DNA of 64,000 nucleotides. Source: a virus (Duplodnaviria; Caudoviricetes). Location of the stretch: positions 8,728 to 72,727 of the IMG/VR virus record IMGVR_UViG_3300033121_000376. One strand, written 5' to 3'. The position numbers and the translations under genes were made by a program. This document shows, one piece after another, positions 46,564-55,975 of the stretch; position 1 is the stretch's first letter, and each line of letters opens with the position of its first letter. A model generated the notes under the pieces. That model was not told the origin of the DNA. It worked only from the letters and a program-made list of their open reading frames with translations, and ran no database searches.

Positions 46564-48171
46564 ATGATCACTATAAAAACCAAAGCGTTGCAGATTAATC
46601 ACACCACGTTTGTGGGCGACACCATCTTCATTCAGCTTGATTATCGAACTGCCGCGAAACCAAACGGTGCGCAAATAGACTTATCTGGAAGTTCTTTCAG
46701 ACTGTATGTTAAGGCCGACGTAGCTGACGTGAACTCGCTAGTTGTGAAAAACAATGTGGATTTCACGATAGGCGATACTGATTTCAATATAAAAGTTAAA
46801 CTTTTACCTATAGACACTTCTGTTTTAGGTGAGGGTACTTTCGTATACGATTTAGAGCTTACAGATGCGGCTGGAGATGTGTATACCGTCGCATACGGAA
46901 GCATAAAGCTTAGGATGGATGTTACCCACAACCCGGTAGTTCCAGGCGATCCAGGCACAGCAATCAACACAGTTCAAGGACCGGCAGGCGCTACAGGACC
47001 GGCAGGACCCACTGGACCACAAGGCGCTACAGGACCACAAGGCGCTACAGGACCGGCAGGCACTACAGGACCGGCAGGCGCTACAGGACCGGCAGGACCC
47101 ACTGGACCACAAGGCGCTACAGGTAACGGCTTTCCAATTAATCCAGGTAACTATACAGACCCGACCGTTATATCAACAACTATACTGGGCGGTGCCAATA
47201 GTGGAACGACAGTAGGCGGAGCCAACTACATCGGCGGAGATATTCCAGCTAACGTTGTCCCTATGGGGATCTCTGGAGTACCCAACAATCCAGCAGAAAC
47301 CGCTACACCGGGTCGTGCGAACTACTCACAAGTGGCAGGTTACGACAATGTTAACAATGGGTCGATGGGCATAGTGCTTGGGTCGCACAACCTGAACTAC
47401 TCTGCGACAATACACGCGACGATTATAGGTAGCGACTGTGTAATAAGGGGTCCGTCGGACGGTTCTACTGCTATGGGACTTGGTTGCTACATCAACATAT
47501 CCAGCTATTCAGTTATATCAGGTGGTGTTCAGAACGAGATAGACTCAACTGGAAACTACAACGTAATCGATGGTGGTCAGTTCAACAGAATTCTAGGATC
47601 ATCAGCATTCTGCACCATCCTCGGTGGAAGCAACATCGTTATATCAGGCTCATCTGATCACGTCTTTGCCTTTGGGGAATCTCTTTCTCTAAACCCTAAC
47701 CTGGTCCATTCGTATGGTTTCGGTAAAAATCTCAGTATTAAAAACAATCGATGTTTAACAATGGGTGGTGCTGGAGGTTCTCTAGGAGCATCCCAACACG
47801 AGATCGGCGACGAGATTTTAACAACAACAGATGGCGTTCAGACGTTTGCGTTTGGTGGTTTTGATACGATTGCTAACCAATACATTGCAGGCGAGATCAA
47901 AATTATCTGCAGAAATATAACAGATGGACATTTAAACTATTGGGTTATCCCAGTCGCTATTAAAGTGAACTCTGGAGGCAATGGTTTAACAGGATCTACG
48001 GCTTCTGGAGCAAACGTAGTGAGAACTTCTTCTACGCTTAAGGAAGATGCGGGTATGCCAGACCCGGTTTTAGACATGACGATAAGTCAGAAATTGTACG
48101 TTAAGGTCACAGGTCTGGCTGGAAAAACCTGTCACTGGCGCATTGAATACGATATTTCGTCCGTAATTTAG
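46564..48171 (+). CDS. tail fibre / receptor-binding protein with collagen-like segment
   Basis: BppU-like N-terminal domain (YDLELTD), (GPA/GAT)n collagen repeats, Gly/Asn-rich beta-helix-like body. Confidence 0.75.
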   Translation: MITIKTKALQINHTTFVGDTIFIQLDYRTAAKPNGAQIDLSGSSFRLYVKADVADVNSLVVKNNVDFTIGDTDFNIKVKLLPIDTSVLGEGTFVYDLELTDAAGDVYTVAYGSIKLRMDVTHNPVVPGDPGTAINTVQGPAGATGPAGPTGPQGATGPQGATGPAGTTGPAGATGPAGPTGPQGATGNGFPINPGNYTDPTVISTTILGGANSGTTVGGANYIGGDIPANVVPMGISGVPNNPAETATPGRANYSQVAGYDNVNNGSMGIVLGSHNLNYSATIHATIIGSDCVIRGPSDGSTAMGLGCYINISSYSVISGGVQNEIDSTGNYNVIDGGQFNRILGSSAFCTILGGSNIVISGSSDHVFAFGESLSLNPNLVHSYGFGKNLSIKNNRCLTMGGAGGSLGASQHEIGDEILTTTDGVQTFAFGGFDTIANQYIAGEIKIICRNITDGHLNYWVIPVAIKVNSGGNGLTGSTASGANVVRTSSTLKEDAGMPDPVLDMTISQKLYVKVTGLAGKTCHWRIEYDISSVI

Positions 48172-48180
48172 AGGTAAAAC

Positions 48181-48351
48181 ATGTTCGATATAGGGCAAAA
48201 AGTAAAACTTATAGTGCCGGTTGTTACCGGGGAAATCGTGGACACCGGGTTTGATAAAGAGTCTAAGCAGTTAAAGCACTTGCTGAGCTGGAAAGATGGC
48301 GAAGAGACTCATTCTCGTTGGTTCCTTGCAAGTGAATTGGAGGCCGTGTAA
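48181..48351 (+). CDS. small hypothetical protein (56 aa, not in the ORF track)
   Basis: GAGG RBS; MFDIGQKV...SELEAV*; TAATG overlap with the next gene. Confidence 0.65.
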   Translation: MFDIGQKVKLIVPVVTGEIVDTGFDKESKQLKHLLSWKDGEETHSRWFLASELEAV

Positions 48352-48914
48352 TGCAGATCGAGAACTTAAATTCAGTAGACAACGGGTCCTCCGCCATTGG
48401 CAGAGCTGTTGCGTCGGAAGAGGCTTCCGGTGTTTCAGGCGTCTATACTGTTACATGTATAGGCCCTGACGGGGAAGTTAAATGGGAAGATACGATCAAG
48501 AATGTCGTAACGACGGTTGGTAAAAACGACATGCTAGACAAATACTTGTCCGGTTCTGCGTATACGGCAGCTTGGTACTTAGGATTAATCTCAGCAACCG
48601 GGTACACAAGCGCCCCGGTCGCAGCGGATACGATGGCGTCTCACGCCACCTGGTCTGAGGATCAGAACTACTCCCAAGCGGCGCGTGTCACAGCGGCGTT
48701 TGTTGCGGCATCGGGCGGTAGCAAGGCTCTATCAGCAGCCCTGGCGTTCTCTATCAACGCAACGACGACGATTAAAGGCTGTTTCGTAACGAGCGTCAGC
48801 ACCAAGGGCGGTACGACAGGTATCTTATATTCCGCGGGGTTATTTACCGGCGGGGATAAAAGCGTACAGAACTTAGATACGCTGAACGTTAGTTACTCAA
48901 CCACGTTGACTTAA
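48351..48914 (+). CDS. virion structural protein (tail-associated)
   Basis: Ala/Ser/Thr-rich; NVVTTVG, IKGCFV..GGTTGILYS pattern of phage tail proteins. Confidence 0.7.
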   Translation: MQIENLNSVDNGSSAIGRAVASEEASGVSGVYTVTCIGPDGEVKWEDTIKNVVTTVGKNDMLDKYLSGSAYTAAWYLGLISATGYTSAPVAADTMASHATWSEDQNYSQAARVTAAFVAASGGSKALSAALAFSINATTTIKGCFVTSVSTKGGTTGILYSAGLFTGGDKSVQNLDTLNVSYSTTLT

Positions 48915-50077
48915 TGGCTATCCTGCATAAAACCCGCGTCAAAGAAACGGCCAGCAACAAACCGAATGCGTCAACTGCGTTTTCCCTCCCGGGAAGCGCA
49001 GCGACTGGGTACCGGACGTTTGCTTCGGCTTATGCGAATAACGATCAGTTACCCTACCATGCGACTAATGGGACTAGCTGGGAAAGCGGTATAGGTACGT
49101 TTACAACGGGACCAAGCACTTTAACGCGTACAACTATTTTGGAATCCAGCAATACTAATGCGGCAGTTGATTTTAGCGCAGGTGCTGACGTTGAGTTGTT
49201 TGTTGAGTGGCCTGCTGCACAGGGTACATTATCTCAAGTTGCGAACGAGTCTCTCATACCGGGAGGGCGTTTAACTCTTGAATCTGGCGTCCCTGTTTCG
49301 ACGACAGATCAGCTTGCCAAAACGACTGTATACTACACCCCCTATCTGCACAATGGCATCACACTATGGGACGGCGTACAGTGGCGGCCTGTTGAATTTA
49401 CTGAAACATCACTAGCATTAGGCACGTTAACAGCTCTGTTACCTTATGATGTGTATGCTTACTTAAACGCTGGCGTTTTAACGTTAGAATTATTAGCCTG
49501 GACAAACGCAACGACAAGAGCAACATCGGTTACATCGCAAGATGGTCGTTACTGTAAATCAAGTGATAAAACGCGCCTCCTACTCGGCACTATTGCACCC
49601 ATAACAACGACGACAATCGAAGACTCTATCATCAATAGACTTGTAGCTAACCTGTACAACGCAGTTCCAAGGGGGGTCAGATATTCCGCTGGCTCAAGTA
49701 GTCATACATGGACTCCAGCGGGTGCGGCGCTCAGGGAATATAACGGGTCATCGAACGTCCACGTTATGCGTTTTGTTAATGCTTTTACAATAGATTTGCC
49801 TCATGGATGTTTTGCTACATTAAACAGCAGCGTCACTTCATCCGTGTCGGTATTAGCTAATTTAGACTCAGACCCAACTGTTTACCCAACCGCACCAGGA
49901 CAACCCGCCGGGGTATTTACCTCATTCACAACAGCTAATAACTGGTCTAGTTTTGGATTGTATATTGGGGTTGTTCCTGGATTTCACAAAATCACCCTAT
50001 GTGAAAGAGTTGTGAGTTCAGGAGGATATACATTAACAGGCAACTTTGGATCTATGTGGGGTCAGGTTTTGCAATGA
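48914..50077 (+). CDS. tail fibre-like structural protein
   Basis: RVKET...WESGIGT...LTRTTILESSN N-terminal module; GGRLTL..GVPV...D. Confidence 0.7.
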   Translation: MAILHKTRVKETASNKPNASTAFSLPGSAATGYRTFASAYANNDQLPYHATNGTSWESGIGTFTTGPSTLTRTTILESSNTNAAVDFSAGADVELFVEWPAAQGTLSQVANESLIPGGRLTLESGVPVSTTDQLAKTTVYYTPYLHNGITLWDGVQWRPVEFTETSLALGTLTALLPYDVYAYLNAGVLTLELLAWTNATTRATSVTSQDGRYCKSSDKTRLLLGTIAPITTTTIEDSIINRLVANLYNAVPRGVRYSAGSSSHTWTPAGAALREYNGSSNVHVMRFVNAFTIDLPHGCFATLNSSVTSSVSVLANLDSDPTVYPTAPGQPAGVFTSFTTANNWSSFGLYIGVVPGFHKITLCERVVSSGGYTLTGNFGSMWGQVLQ

Positions 50078-50547
50078 TAAATTATATAAAAGTAGATGGT
50101 TTAGTCGGGGTGTCCGAAAATCAGGATGGGTCATACCGATTGGATTTGGATGACGGCACAACACGCCCAGCATCCCAGCTTGAAATCACGACCGCCAGAC
50201 GCTTAAAACGAGTCTATGAAATCAACGCAGAGCGAGACAGACGCGAGCAAGCCACGTTTCCGTATATGAGCAAACAGGTGCAGTGCGATCCGATCTCAGT
50301 CCAGCGCATTTCTGTAGCCGCAACAACAGCACAGATGGCTTTGGCCGCAAACGTGCCATACTCAGTTGACTGGTCGTGTGCTGACAACAGCATATTGACA
50401 CTCGACGCATTAGGTGTGCTAGGCATGATGCAGGCTTTAGGGTCGCATGGCGTAGCGATACATTACTACGCAAGAACACTTAAAGATCAGGTCGCGGTTT
50501 CGAGCGATCCAGAGTCAATCGACATTCTGACTGGATGGCCTAGCTAA
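50074..50547 (+). CDS. DUF4376-like tail fibre assembly protein
   Basis: INAERDRRE..F, QCDP.S, W.CADNS...LDA; ATGA overlap at 50074. Confidence 0.7.
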   Translation: MINYIKVDGLVGVSENQDGSYRLDLDDGTTRPASQLEITTARRLKRVYEINAERDRREQATFPYMSKQVQCDPISVQRISVAATTAQMALAANVPYSVDWSCADNSILTLDALGVLGMMQALGSHGVAIHYYARTLKDQVAVSSDPESIDILTGWPS

Positions 50548-51572
50548 TGACCTACGGCATCGGCGGCTATGGTAGTGCTTCCTACGGCTCAGCCCCTATC
50601 ACTGGAGGTACGTCACATAGCGTTTCCGCTACGGAGTCTACGACTAGCTCCGATGCTTTGGATGGCACAATACAATTCTTGGCCACTTCTCAAGACGCGA
50701 CTAGCTCTACAGAGACAAGTAGCAGCGCCGCAGAATTCCAAGCAGTCTATTCTGACTCACAGACGATCAGTGATACGTCAAGCACAGGAGGTATACCGAC
50801 CTCAGGGTCGATAGAAGAATCTGCGACGATTTCGGATCAAGGTAGTAGCAGCGCCGCAGAATTCCAAGCAGTCTATTCTGACTCACAGACGATCAGTGAT
50901 ACGTCAAGCACAGGAGGTATACCGACCTCAGGGTCGATAGAAGAATCTGCGACGATTTCGGATCAAGGTAGTAGCAGCGCCGCAGAATTCCAAGCAGTCT
51001 ATTCTGACTCACAGACGATCAGTGATACGTCAAGCACAGGAGGTATACCGACCTCAGGGTCGATAGAAGAATCTGCGACGATTTCAGATCAAGGTAGTAG
51101 CAGCGCCGCGTTTACGGCGACCGTATCCAACTCGATGAGTCCAGACGATGTAACATCCACTCTGATATCTGCTGTGGCGGGTATCGCGGAAAGCCTAGCA
51201 ATATCCGACACGACAAACTTCCTGGTAACACTCGTTGAAGCCTCTCTAACAGAGAGCTTTATGGCGACAGCAGACGCCACAAGTATTAAGCTTGCAGTTG
51301 CAGAACTTTCAGAAGTATTCACAGCCACTTCAGTTCACGGAGGTGGCTTGACCTACGACGCTATAGCGGCGGAACTCCTATCCCTGAGTACAACAGAGAA
51401 CGGTGTGATAGCGATCTTTAAGATTCCGGCAGAAGTTGGAGTACAGTTCTTTGTCGAAACACTCCGAACCGTGGTAAAAATATCACCTGAATTAACTGTT
51501 GAAGTAGGATCGCAAACGGTAAGCTCCGTGGTAGACTACAATTATGTAACCGTTGACGTAAAGAACCCTTAG
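50547..51572 (+). CDS. Ser/Thr-rich structural protein with 42-aa repeats
   Basis: 341 aa containing three 126-bp repeat copies. Confidence 0.7.
   Translation: MTYGIGGYGSASYGSAPITGGTSHSVSATESTTSSDALDGTIQFLATSQDATSSTETSSSAAEFQAVYSDSQTISDTSSTGGIPTSGSIEESATISDQGSSSAAEFQAVYSDSQTISDTSSTGGIPTSGSIEESATISDQGSSSAAEFQAVYSDSQTISDTSSTGGIPTSGSIEESATISDQGSSSAAFTATVSNSMSPDDVTSTLISAVAGIAESLAISDTTNFLVTLVEASLTESFMATADATSIKLAVAELSEVFTATSVHGGGLTYDAIAAELLSLSTTENGVIAIFKIPAEVGVQFFVETLRTVVKISPELTVEVGSQTVSSVVDYNYVTVDVKNP
50718..51109. repeat. 126-bp tandem repeat x3
   Basis: copies start at 50718, 50844 and 50970; near identical. Confidence 0.95.
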
Positions 51573-51785
51573 ATGACTAAATTTAAAAGAGCCGTAGTTG
51601 CGACCATACTTTTATACGGCACAGGCTGCGCAGAGATTATTCAAGGCGATCTGATCGCAATGGAAACTGTCAGTAAAATGGTCGATACATACTGCAGACT
51701 TCCAGAATCCGCTCGTGCTGTTAACAGGGCGCGATGGAACTGGGCTTTGCAGCCGAATAAGATTCAAATAACTTGTGGTAAATAG
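51573..51785 (+). CDS. small lipoprotein
   Basis: basic N-terminus, hydrophobic core, lipobox-like GTGC. Confidence 0.6.
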   Translation: MTKFKRAVVATILLYGTGCAEIIQGDLIAMETVSKMVDTYCRLPESARAVNRARWNWALQPNKIQITCGK

Positions 51786-52194
51786 GCTTATGGCGAAATT
51801 TATCGGGGATATTGAGGCGGCATTCACGCCTGGGGATAAGAGAGTCCGATTAGAGGACTCTTTTGCGTTTATATCAGACAGATACAGAACGTTTATCTGT
51901 GTGGATAAAGGTTTCGAAACAGATTTCGCGTCTGTTCCTAAGTTTCTTCACTGGTTCATAGGACCGACAGACACGAACATCCGAGAAGCTGCAGTTGTAC
52001 ACGACTTCATCTACTCACGACTGACGGATAGGTTTACCCGAAAGGAAGCCGACGACATCCTCGTTGAAGGCATGGAGGTTTTAGGCGCGTCTGCGTTTAA
52101 ACGAAAAGCTGTATATGCCGCTGTTAGGATGTTTGGGGCGGGACATTGGGGTAAAAGAGCGATAACGGATTCGCGCGATGATTCACAAAACTAA
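51775..52194 (+). CDS. DUF1353 family protein
   Basis: GFETDFASVP, AAVVHDFIY, ADDILVEGM, Y.AVRMFG. Confidence 0.85.
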   Translation: MVNRLMAKFIGDIEAAFTPGDKRVRLEDSFAFISDRYRTFICVDKGFETDFASVPKFLHWFIGPTDTNIREAAVVHDFIYSRLTDRFTRKEADDILVEGMEVLGASAFKRKAVYAAVRMFGAGHWGKRAITDSRDDSQN

Positions 52195-53791
52195 AAAACT
52201 TGCTTTTACACCAAAAAAGACTGACGAAGTCATATTCGACTTTACGACAGAGGAGTTAGAAGCTGGCCTTGGAGACGTTAGATGGAGGTTAAACAACCTC
52301 TACTGCATCATCAATAAGCGAAAAGAGGTCGTCGTATACAGAGAGAACGAGGCTCAGAAGTACCTATACGACGGCATGCACACCCGCAACGTCATTCTTA
52401 AATGCCGAAAACTCGGATTCTCAACCGCTATTCAGCTCTTGATGTTGGATACAGCACTGTTCTCTCCTAATGAAACTGGAAGGGTTATCGCTCAAGATTT
52501 AGGCATCGCAGAAGCCATCTTTAGAGATGTGTTCAAGTTCGCGTATGACAGACTTCCTGACCCATTTAAAACGTCGCTACCAACGGCAAGCGATCCTTCT
52601 AAAACCGTTATGGAATTTAGAAACGACAGCCGCGTGGAAGTCTCCTCTAACGCTCGGGGTACGACACCGACGTTTCTTCACATATCAGAGTTTGGTAAGA
52701 TCGCGGCGAAAGATCCTGGGAAAGCGAGAGAAATCATCACGGGGTCTATCACCTCGGTTGCCGAAGACGGCCTTATATTTGTTGAGAGTACGGCAGAAGG
52801 TCAGCAAGGTGAGTTCTACGAGATGGTGCAGAACGCCATTGCAACATCTGAGATGGGTGTGAGCTTGTGGAAACTCCAGTTCAAGTTCTTTTTCTTCGCG
52901 TGGTTTCAAAATCCGGATTATAAAGCGCCTGTTAGTGCGGTCACTCTGAGTTCAGAGGACGAAGAATATTTTGAAGAAATAGAGGCTGAAACCAAGTACA
53001 GGTTGTCTCCAGAACAGAAAGCTTGGTACACACTTTTCTTGAGAGAAACGTATTCAGGCGATCGCTCTAATATGTGGAGTGAGCAGCCTTCGACCCCATC
53101 TGAAGCGTTCAAAATAAGCACGGAGAGCGCCTATTTCAAAAATGAACTTAAAAATGCGCGATCGCAACGTAGGATAGGGTTGTGCCCACACGATCCGCAC
53201 TACCCGGTAAGCACTTTTTGGGACATTGGGGCCAACGACGAAACGGCTATTTGGTTTATTCAGGCTAAAAGAACACATTTTTCAGTCATTAATTTCATAG
53301 AGGCGACAGGAGAGCCGTTCGCATATTTCGTAGGGTTAATGGCAGAAATGCCATACACTTACGGCTATCACTATCTTCCACATGACGCTAATCATAGAAA
53401 ACAAGGCGCTTTGCGAAATTTGACTCCTGAAGAGATGTTAAGAGAACTCATGCCCTATTGGAAGTTCGATCTTGTTCCTAGAACACCGGATAAGCAAATG
53501 GCCATTCAGCAAACCCGCGAGGTGTTCCATCTTTGCGTATTCGATGAAAAGAATTGCGCTCTTGGGCTTAAACACCTTCAGAACTTTTTAAAAGACTGGG
53601 ACCCAAGAACAGGTACGTGGAGAAACATTCCAAAAAAGAACGCTTCTCGAAATGCTGCAGATGCGTTCCTACAATTCGGACAAGCTAGAGCGCAAGGGTT
53701 GTTCGGGGAAGTATCGTCAAGTGTACTACCAAACGAGGTTAATTTGTTCGGAAGGGCTGGCGGCATTGACATCGCGCCGCTAGGGTTCTGA
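52178..53791 (+). CDS. terL: terminase large subunit
   Basis: ILKCRKLGFST Walker A, LHISEFG Walker B, ESTAEG, FWDIG..D.TAIW nuclease domain. Confidence 0.92.
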   Translation: MIHKTKKLAFTPKKTDEVIFDFTTEELEAGLGDVRWRLNNLYCIINKRKEVVVYRENEAQKYLYDGMHTRNVILKCRKLGFSTAIQLLMLDTALFSPNETGRVIAQDLGIAEAIFRDVFKFAYDRLPDPFKTSLPTASDPSKTVMEFRNDSRVEVSSNARGTTPTFLHISEFGKIAAKDPGKAREIITGSITSVAEDGLIFVESTAEGQQGEFYEMVQNAIATSEMGVSLWKLQFKFFFFAWFQNPDYKAPVSAVTLSSEDEEYFEEIEAETKYRLSPEQKAWYTLFLRETYSGDRSNMWSEQPSTPSEAFKISTESAYFKNELKNARSQRRIGLCPHDPHYPVSTFWDIGANDETAIWFIQAKRTHFSVINFIEATGEPFAYFVGLMAEMPYTYGYHYLPHDANHRKQGALRNLTPEEMLRELMPYWKFDLVPRTPDKQMAIQQTREVFHLCVFDEKNCALGLKHLQNFLKDWDPRTGTWRNIPKKNASRNAADAFLQFGQARAQGLFGEVSSSVLPNEVNLFGRAGGIDIAPLGF

Positions 53792-53888
53792 GATCGCAAA
53801 AGTGTTTTGAAATAGCTATAGAAATTGCGGAAAGCGAGGTTTAAAATACGCTTGTTTGCACTATAATAACGCCCTCTAGGAGAGCAAG

Positions 53889-54437
53889 ATGAGTAAGACA
53901 AACGTCTACGTTGATTGGGATTTAAACCAAGTCACCGTAACTGAAGTACCGGCAACGCCGCCAAAACCCGTAAACGGCGTTATCGAGGTAAAAATTTCGG
54001 GCAAACATTTTGTAGAAGGTATTAGAATGAAAATCACAGCTTTATTCATGCAGGTCTTTGCACTAGCCATCATCGCAGCTCGCGATGCTTTCGGCAATCC
54101 TTTGGACGTTAACGCTTTAGGCAGCGTTGCATGGACAACTTCAGACCCATCAATCGCCAACATTGTTATTAACCAAGACGGAACAGTCTCGTTGGTTCCT
54201 ACCGGTAAAGCGGGCGTCGTACAAGTTACGGCGACAGGTGATACCGATCCGAATACGCCGGAAGGTTTCATTGGTATAGCGGAATTCAACTATCTTCCGG
54301 GTGAAGTGGTGGCTATTGAACTTGCAGCTACGCCAGGAATGGCACAACCCGTTGTAGAGGAACCGGTGGCCCCTGTAGAGGAACCGGTGGCCCCTGTAGA
54401 GGAACCTCCTGTAGACGCGGAACCCGCAGCAGCATAA
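53889..54437 (+). CDS. Ig-like domain virion protein
   Basis: VAWTTSDPSIA...G.V.VTAT (Big_2-like); C-terminal (VEEPVAP)n. Confidence 0.65.
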   Translation: MSKTNVYVDWDLNQVTVTEVPATPPKPVNGVIEVKISGKHFVEGIRMKITALFMQVFALAIIAARDAFGNPLDVNALGSVAWTTSDPSIANIVINQDGTVSLVPTGKAGVVQVTATGDTDPNTPEGFIGIAEFNYLPGEVVAIELAATPGMAQPVVEEPVAPVEEPVAPVEEPPVDAEPAAA

Positions 54438-54461
54438 TCGAACACGCGGTATGTCTACCAC

Positions 54462-54491
54462 AAAGCCCTGGCCTTAAAACCGGGGCTTTTT
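54462..54491 (+). terminator. intrinsic terminator
   Basis: aaagccctgg-ccttaaaa-ccggggcttttt. Confidence 0.7.
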
Positions 54492-54509
54492 CACAACCAG
54501 GATTCAAGA

Positions 54510-55199
54510 ATGGCTGAAAGATACCAGTTGAGAATTGATAACCTAACTAACGATTACAATCTTTTCAAATACGACCCGGAGTACCGGAACACGACTTTCA
54601 CACAAGATCGCACCTCACTTGACAACTTTAATTCCAGTTTAGTTGCCCACGCTGAAGCTAAAGCATTTGAAATGTATGGAAACAGAGATCGACATTTTAC
54701 ACGTCAAGCATATACCGAATACATCTGCGAAGTAGTGGATTTAGTAAAGCAAGTGTCAAACTCCTCAGTGGTGATAGCGGCTGCATGGTTAAGCGGCGCT
54801 ATAGATTTAGAGGTTGAAAATCTTGCAAACCTATATACGATTTATGGTCTGCAAGTGGCTGCTATCTTAGATACAGTAGGTGAAATGGAATCTAGCGGAA
54901 ATTCGTACAGAGATAGGATTGAAGAGATTCGCAAGTGGCGATATTGCGGCACTCAAGATGCTAAAACGATAAAACTGGCACACTTAGCTGTTGATTTAAG
55001 CACCATGCCGTTTTACGACAGAAAATATACTGAAACACTTATTTGCACCACAGTAGATCTTGTCGATGGACCACTAAGAGATGGCAATCGTTATCTAGTG
55101 GGAAGAGTACAGACAGCGGTTGACGTAGCCCTTAAAATCGTTAATCGTGAAAAGTATACAGAGGTATCTGGATTGACAGGGTTGCGAAAGAGAGGCTAA
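54510..55199 (+). CDS. degenerate HD-domain (SpoT/Mesh1-like) protein; C-terminus probably clipped by the IS
   Basis: A.EMYGNRDR...AY..Y..EV...AAAWLSG...YGLQVA...KTIKLAH follows the HD_4 pattern, but the H/D residues are replaced. Confidence 0.65.
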   Translation: MAERYQLRIDNLTNDYNLFKYDPEYRNTTFTQDRTSLDNFNSSLVAHAEAKAFEMYGNRDRHFTRQAYTEYICEVVDLVKQVSNSSVVIAAAWLSGAIDLEVENLANLYTIYGLQVAAILDTVGEMESSGNSYRDRIEEIRKWRYCGTQDAKTIKLAHLAVDLSTMPFYDRKYTETLICTTVDLVDGPLRDGNRYLVGRVQTAVDVALKIVNREKYTEVSGLTGLRKRG

Positions 55200-55264
55200 G
55201 TAACAGTTGACAAAATGCTTACAAATGCTAATATTTATTAACATTTACATAACGAGGAAGAGTC

Positions 55265-55975
55265 ATGTGGTTGCCTAGCAGAAAGGCATCTTCCTTGCTT
55301 GGATTACACCCAAATACACTAAGGAAATATGCAGACAATGGAACAATTCCAACGATCAGAAACGCAGCAGGGCAACGGCTTTATGACGTTAGCTCTTACT
55401 TGCGAGAGCAAGTTGTTGCCAGCACAGTCTGTTATTGCCGAGTTAGCAGTGCCAAGCAACGGGATGACCTCGACAGACAAGTCGAACGGATGCAAGCAAA
55501 ATTCCCTGAAGCGGAAATCATTAAAGACGTTGGATCAGGTCTCAATTTTAAAAGAAAAGGATTGCAAACCTTATTGGGACGACTTATGCGCGGAGATAAG
55601 CTCAAAGTGTGTGTTATTCACCGCGACCGACTGGCAAGGTTCGGAATCGACCTTATTCGATTCCTTATCGAATCCAACGGCGGGGAACTCCTGGTTCTCG
55701 ACCCGTATGTTGAAAGCTCAAAAGAAGCCGAGCTTACTGCCGATCTTCTCGCAATCCTTCACCACTTCTCTTGCAGAATGCACGGAAGCCGAAGTCATTC
55801 GGGCAAAACGGATACGTGTTTATCCGAATCAACAGCAGCGTATGTTGTTGAAAAAATGGCTAGGGACTTCGCGCTATGTCTACAACGAGACAGTAAGGCA
55901 TCTGAACCAACCAAAGGAGATGAGGCAGAGGCATTGGATGGGGGCGGCGAAGATAATTCTATCGACATTGCCTGA
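55265..55975 (+). CDS. tnpA: IS607 TnpA serine recombinase
   Basis: MerR-like HTH (LGLHPNTLRKY), YCRVSS, DVGSGLNFKRKGL, HRDRLARFG. Confidence 0.93.
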   Translation: MWLPSRKASSLLGLHPNTLRKYADNGTIPTIRNAAGQRLYDVSSYLREQVVASTVCYCRVSSAKQRDDLDRQVERMQAKFPEAEIIKDVGSGLNFKRKGLQTLLGRLMRGDKLKVCVIHRDRLARFGIDLIRFLIESNGGELLVLDPYVESSKEAELTADLLAILHHFSCRMHGSRSHSGKTDTCLSESTAAYVVEKMARDFALCLQRDSKASEPTKGDEAEALDGGGEDNSIDIA

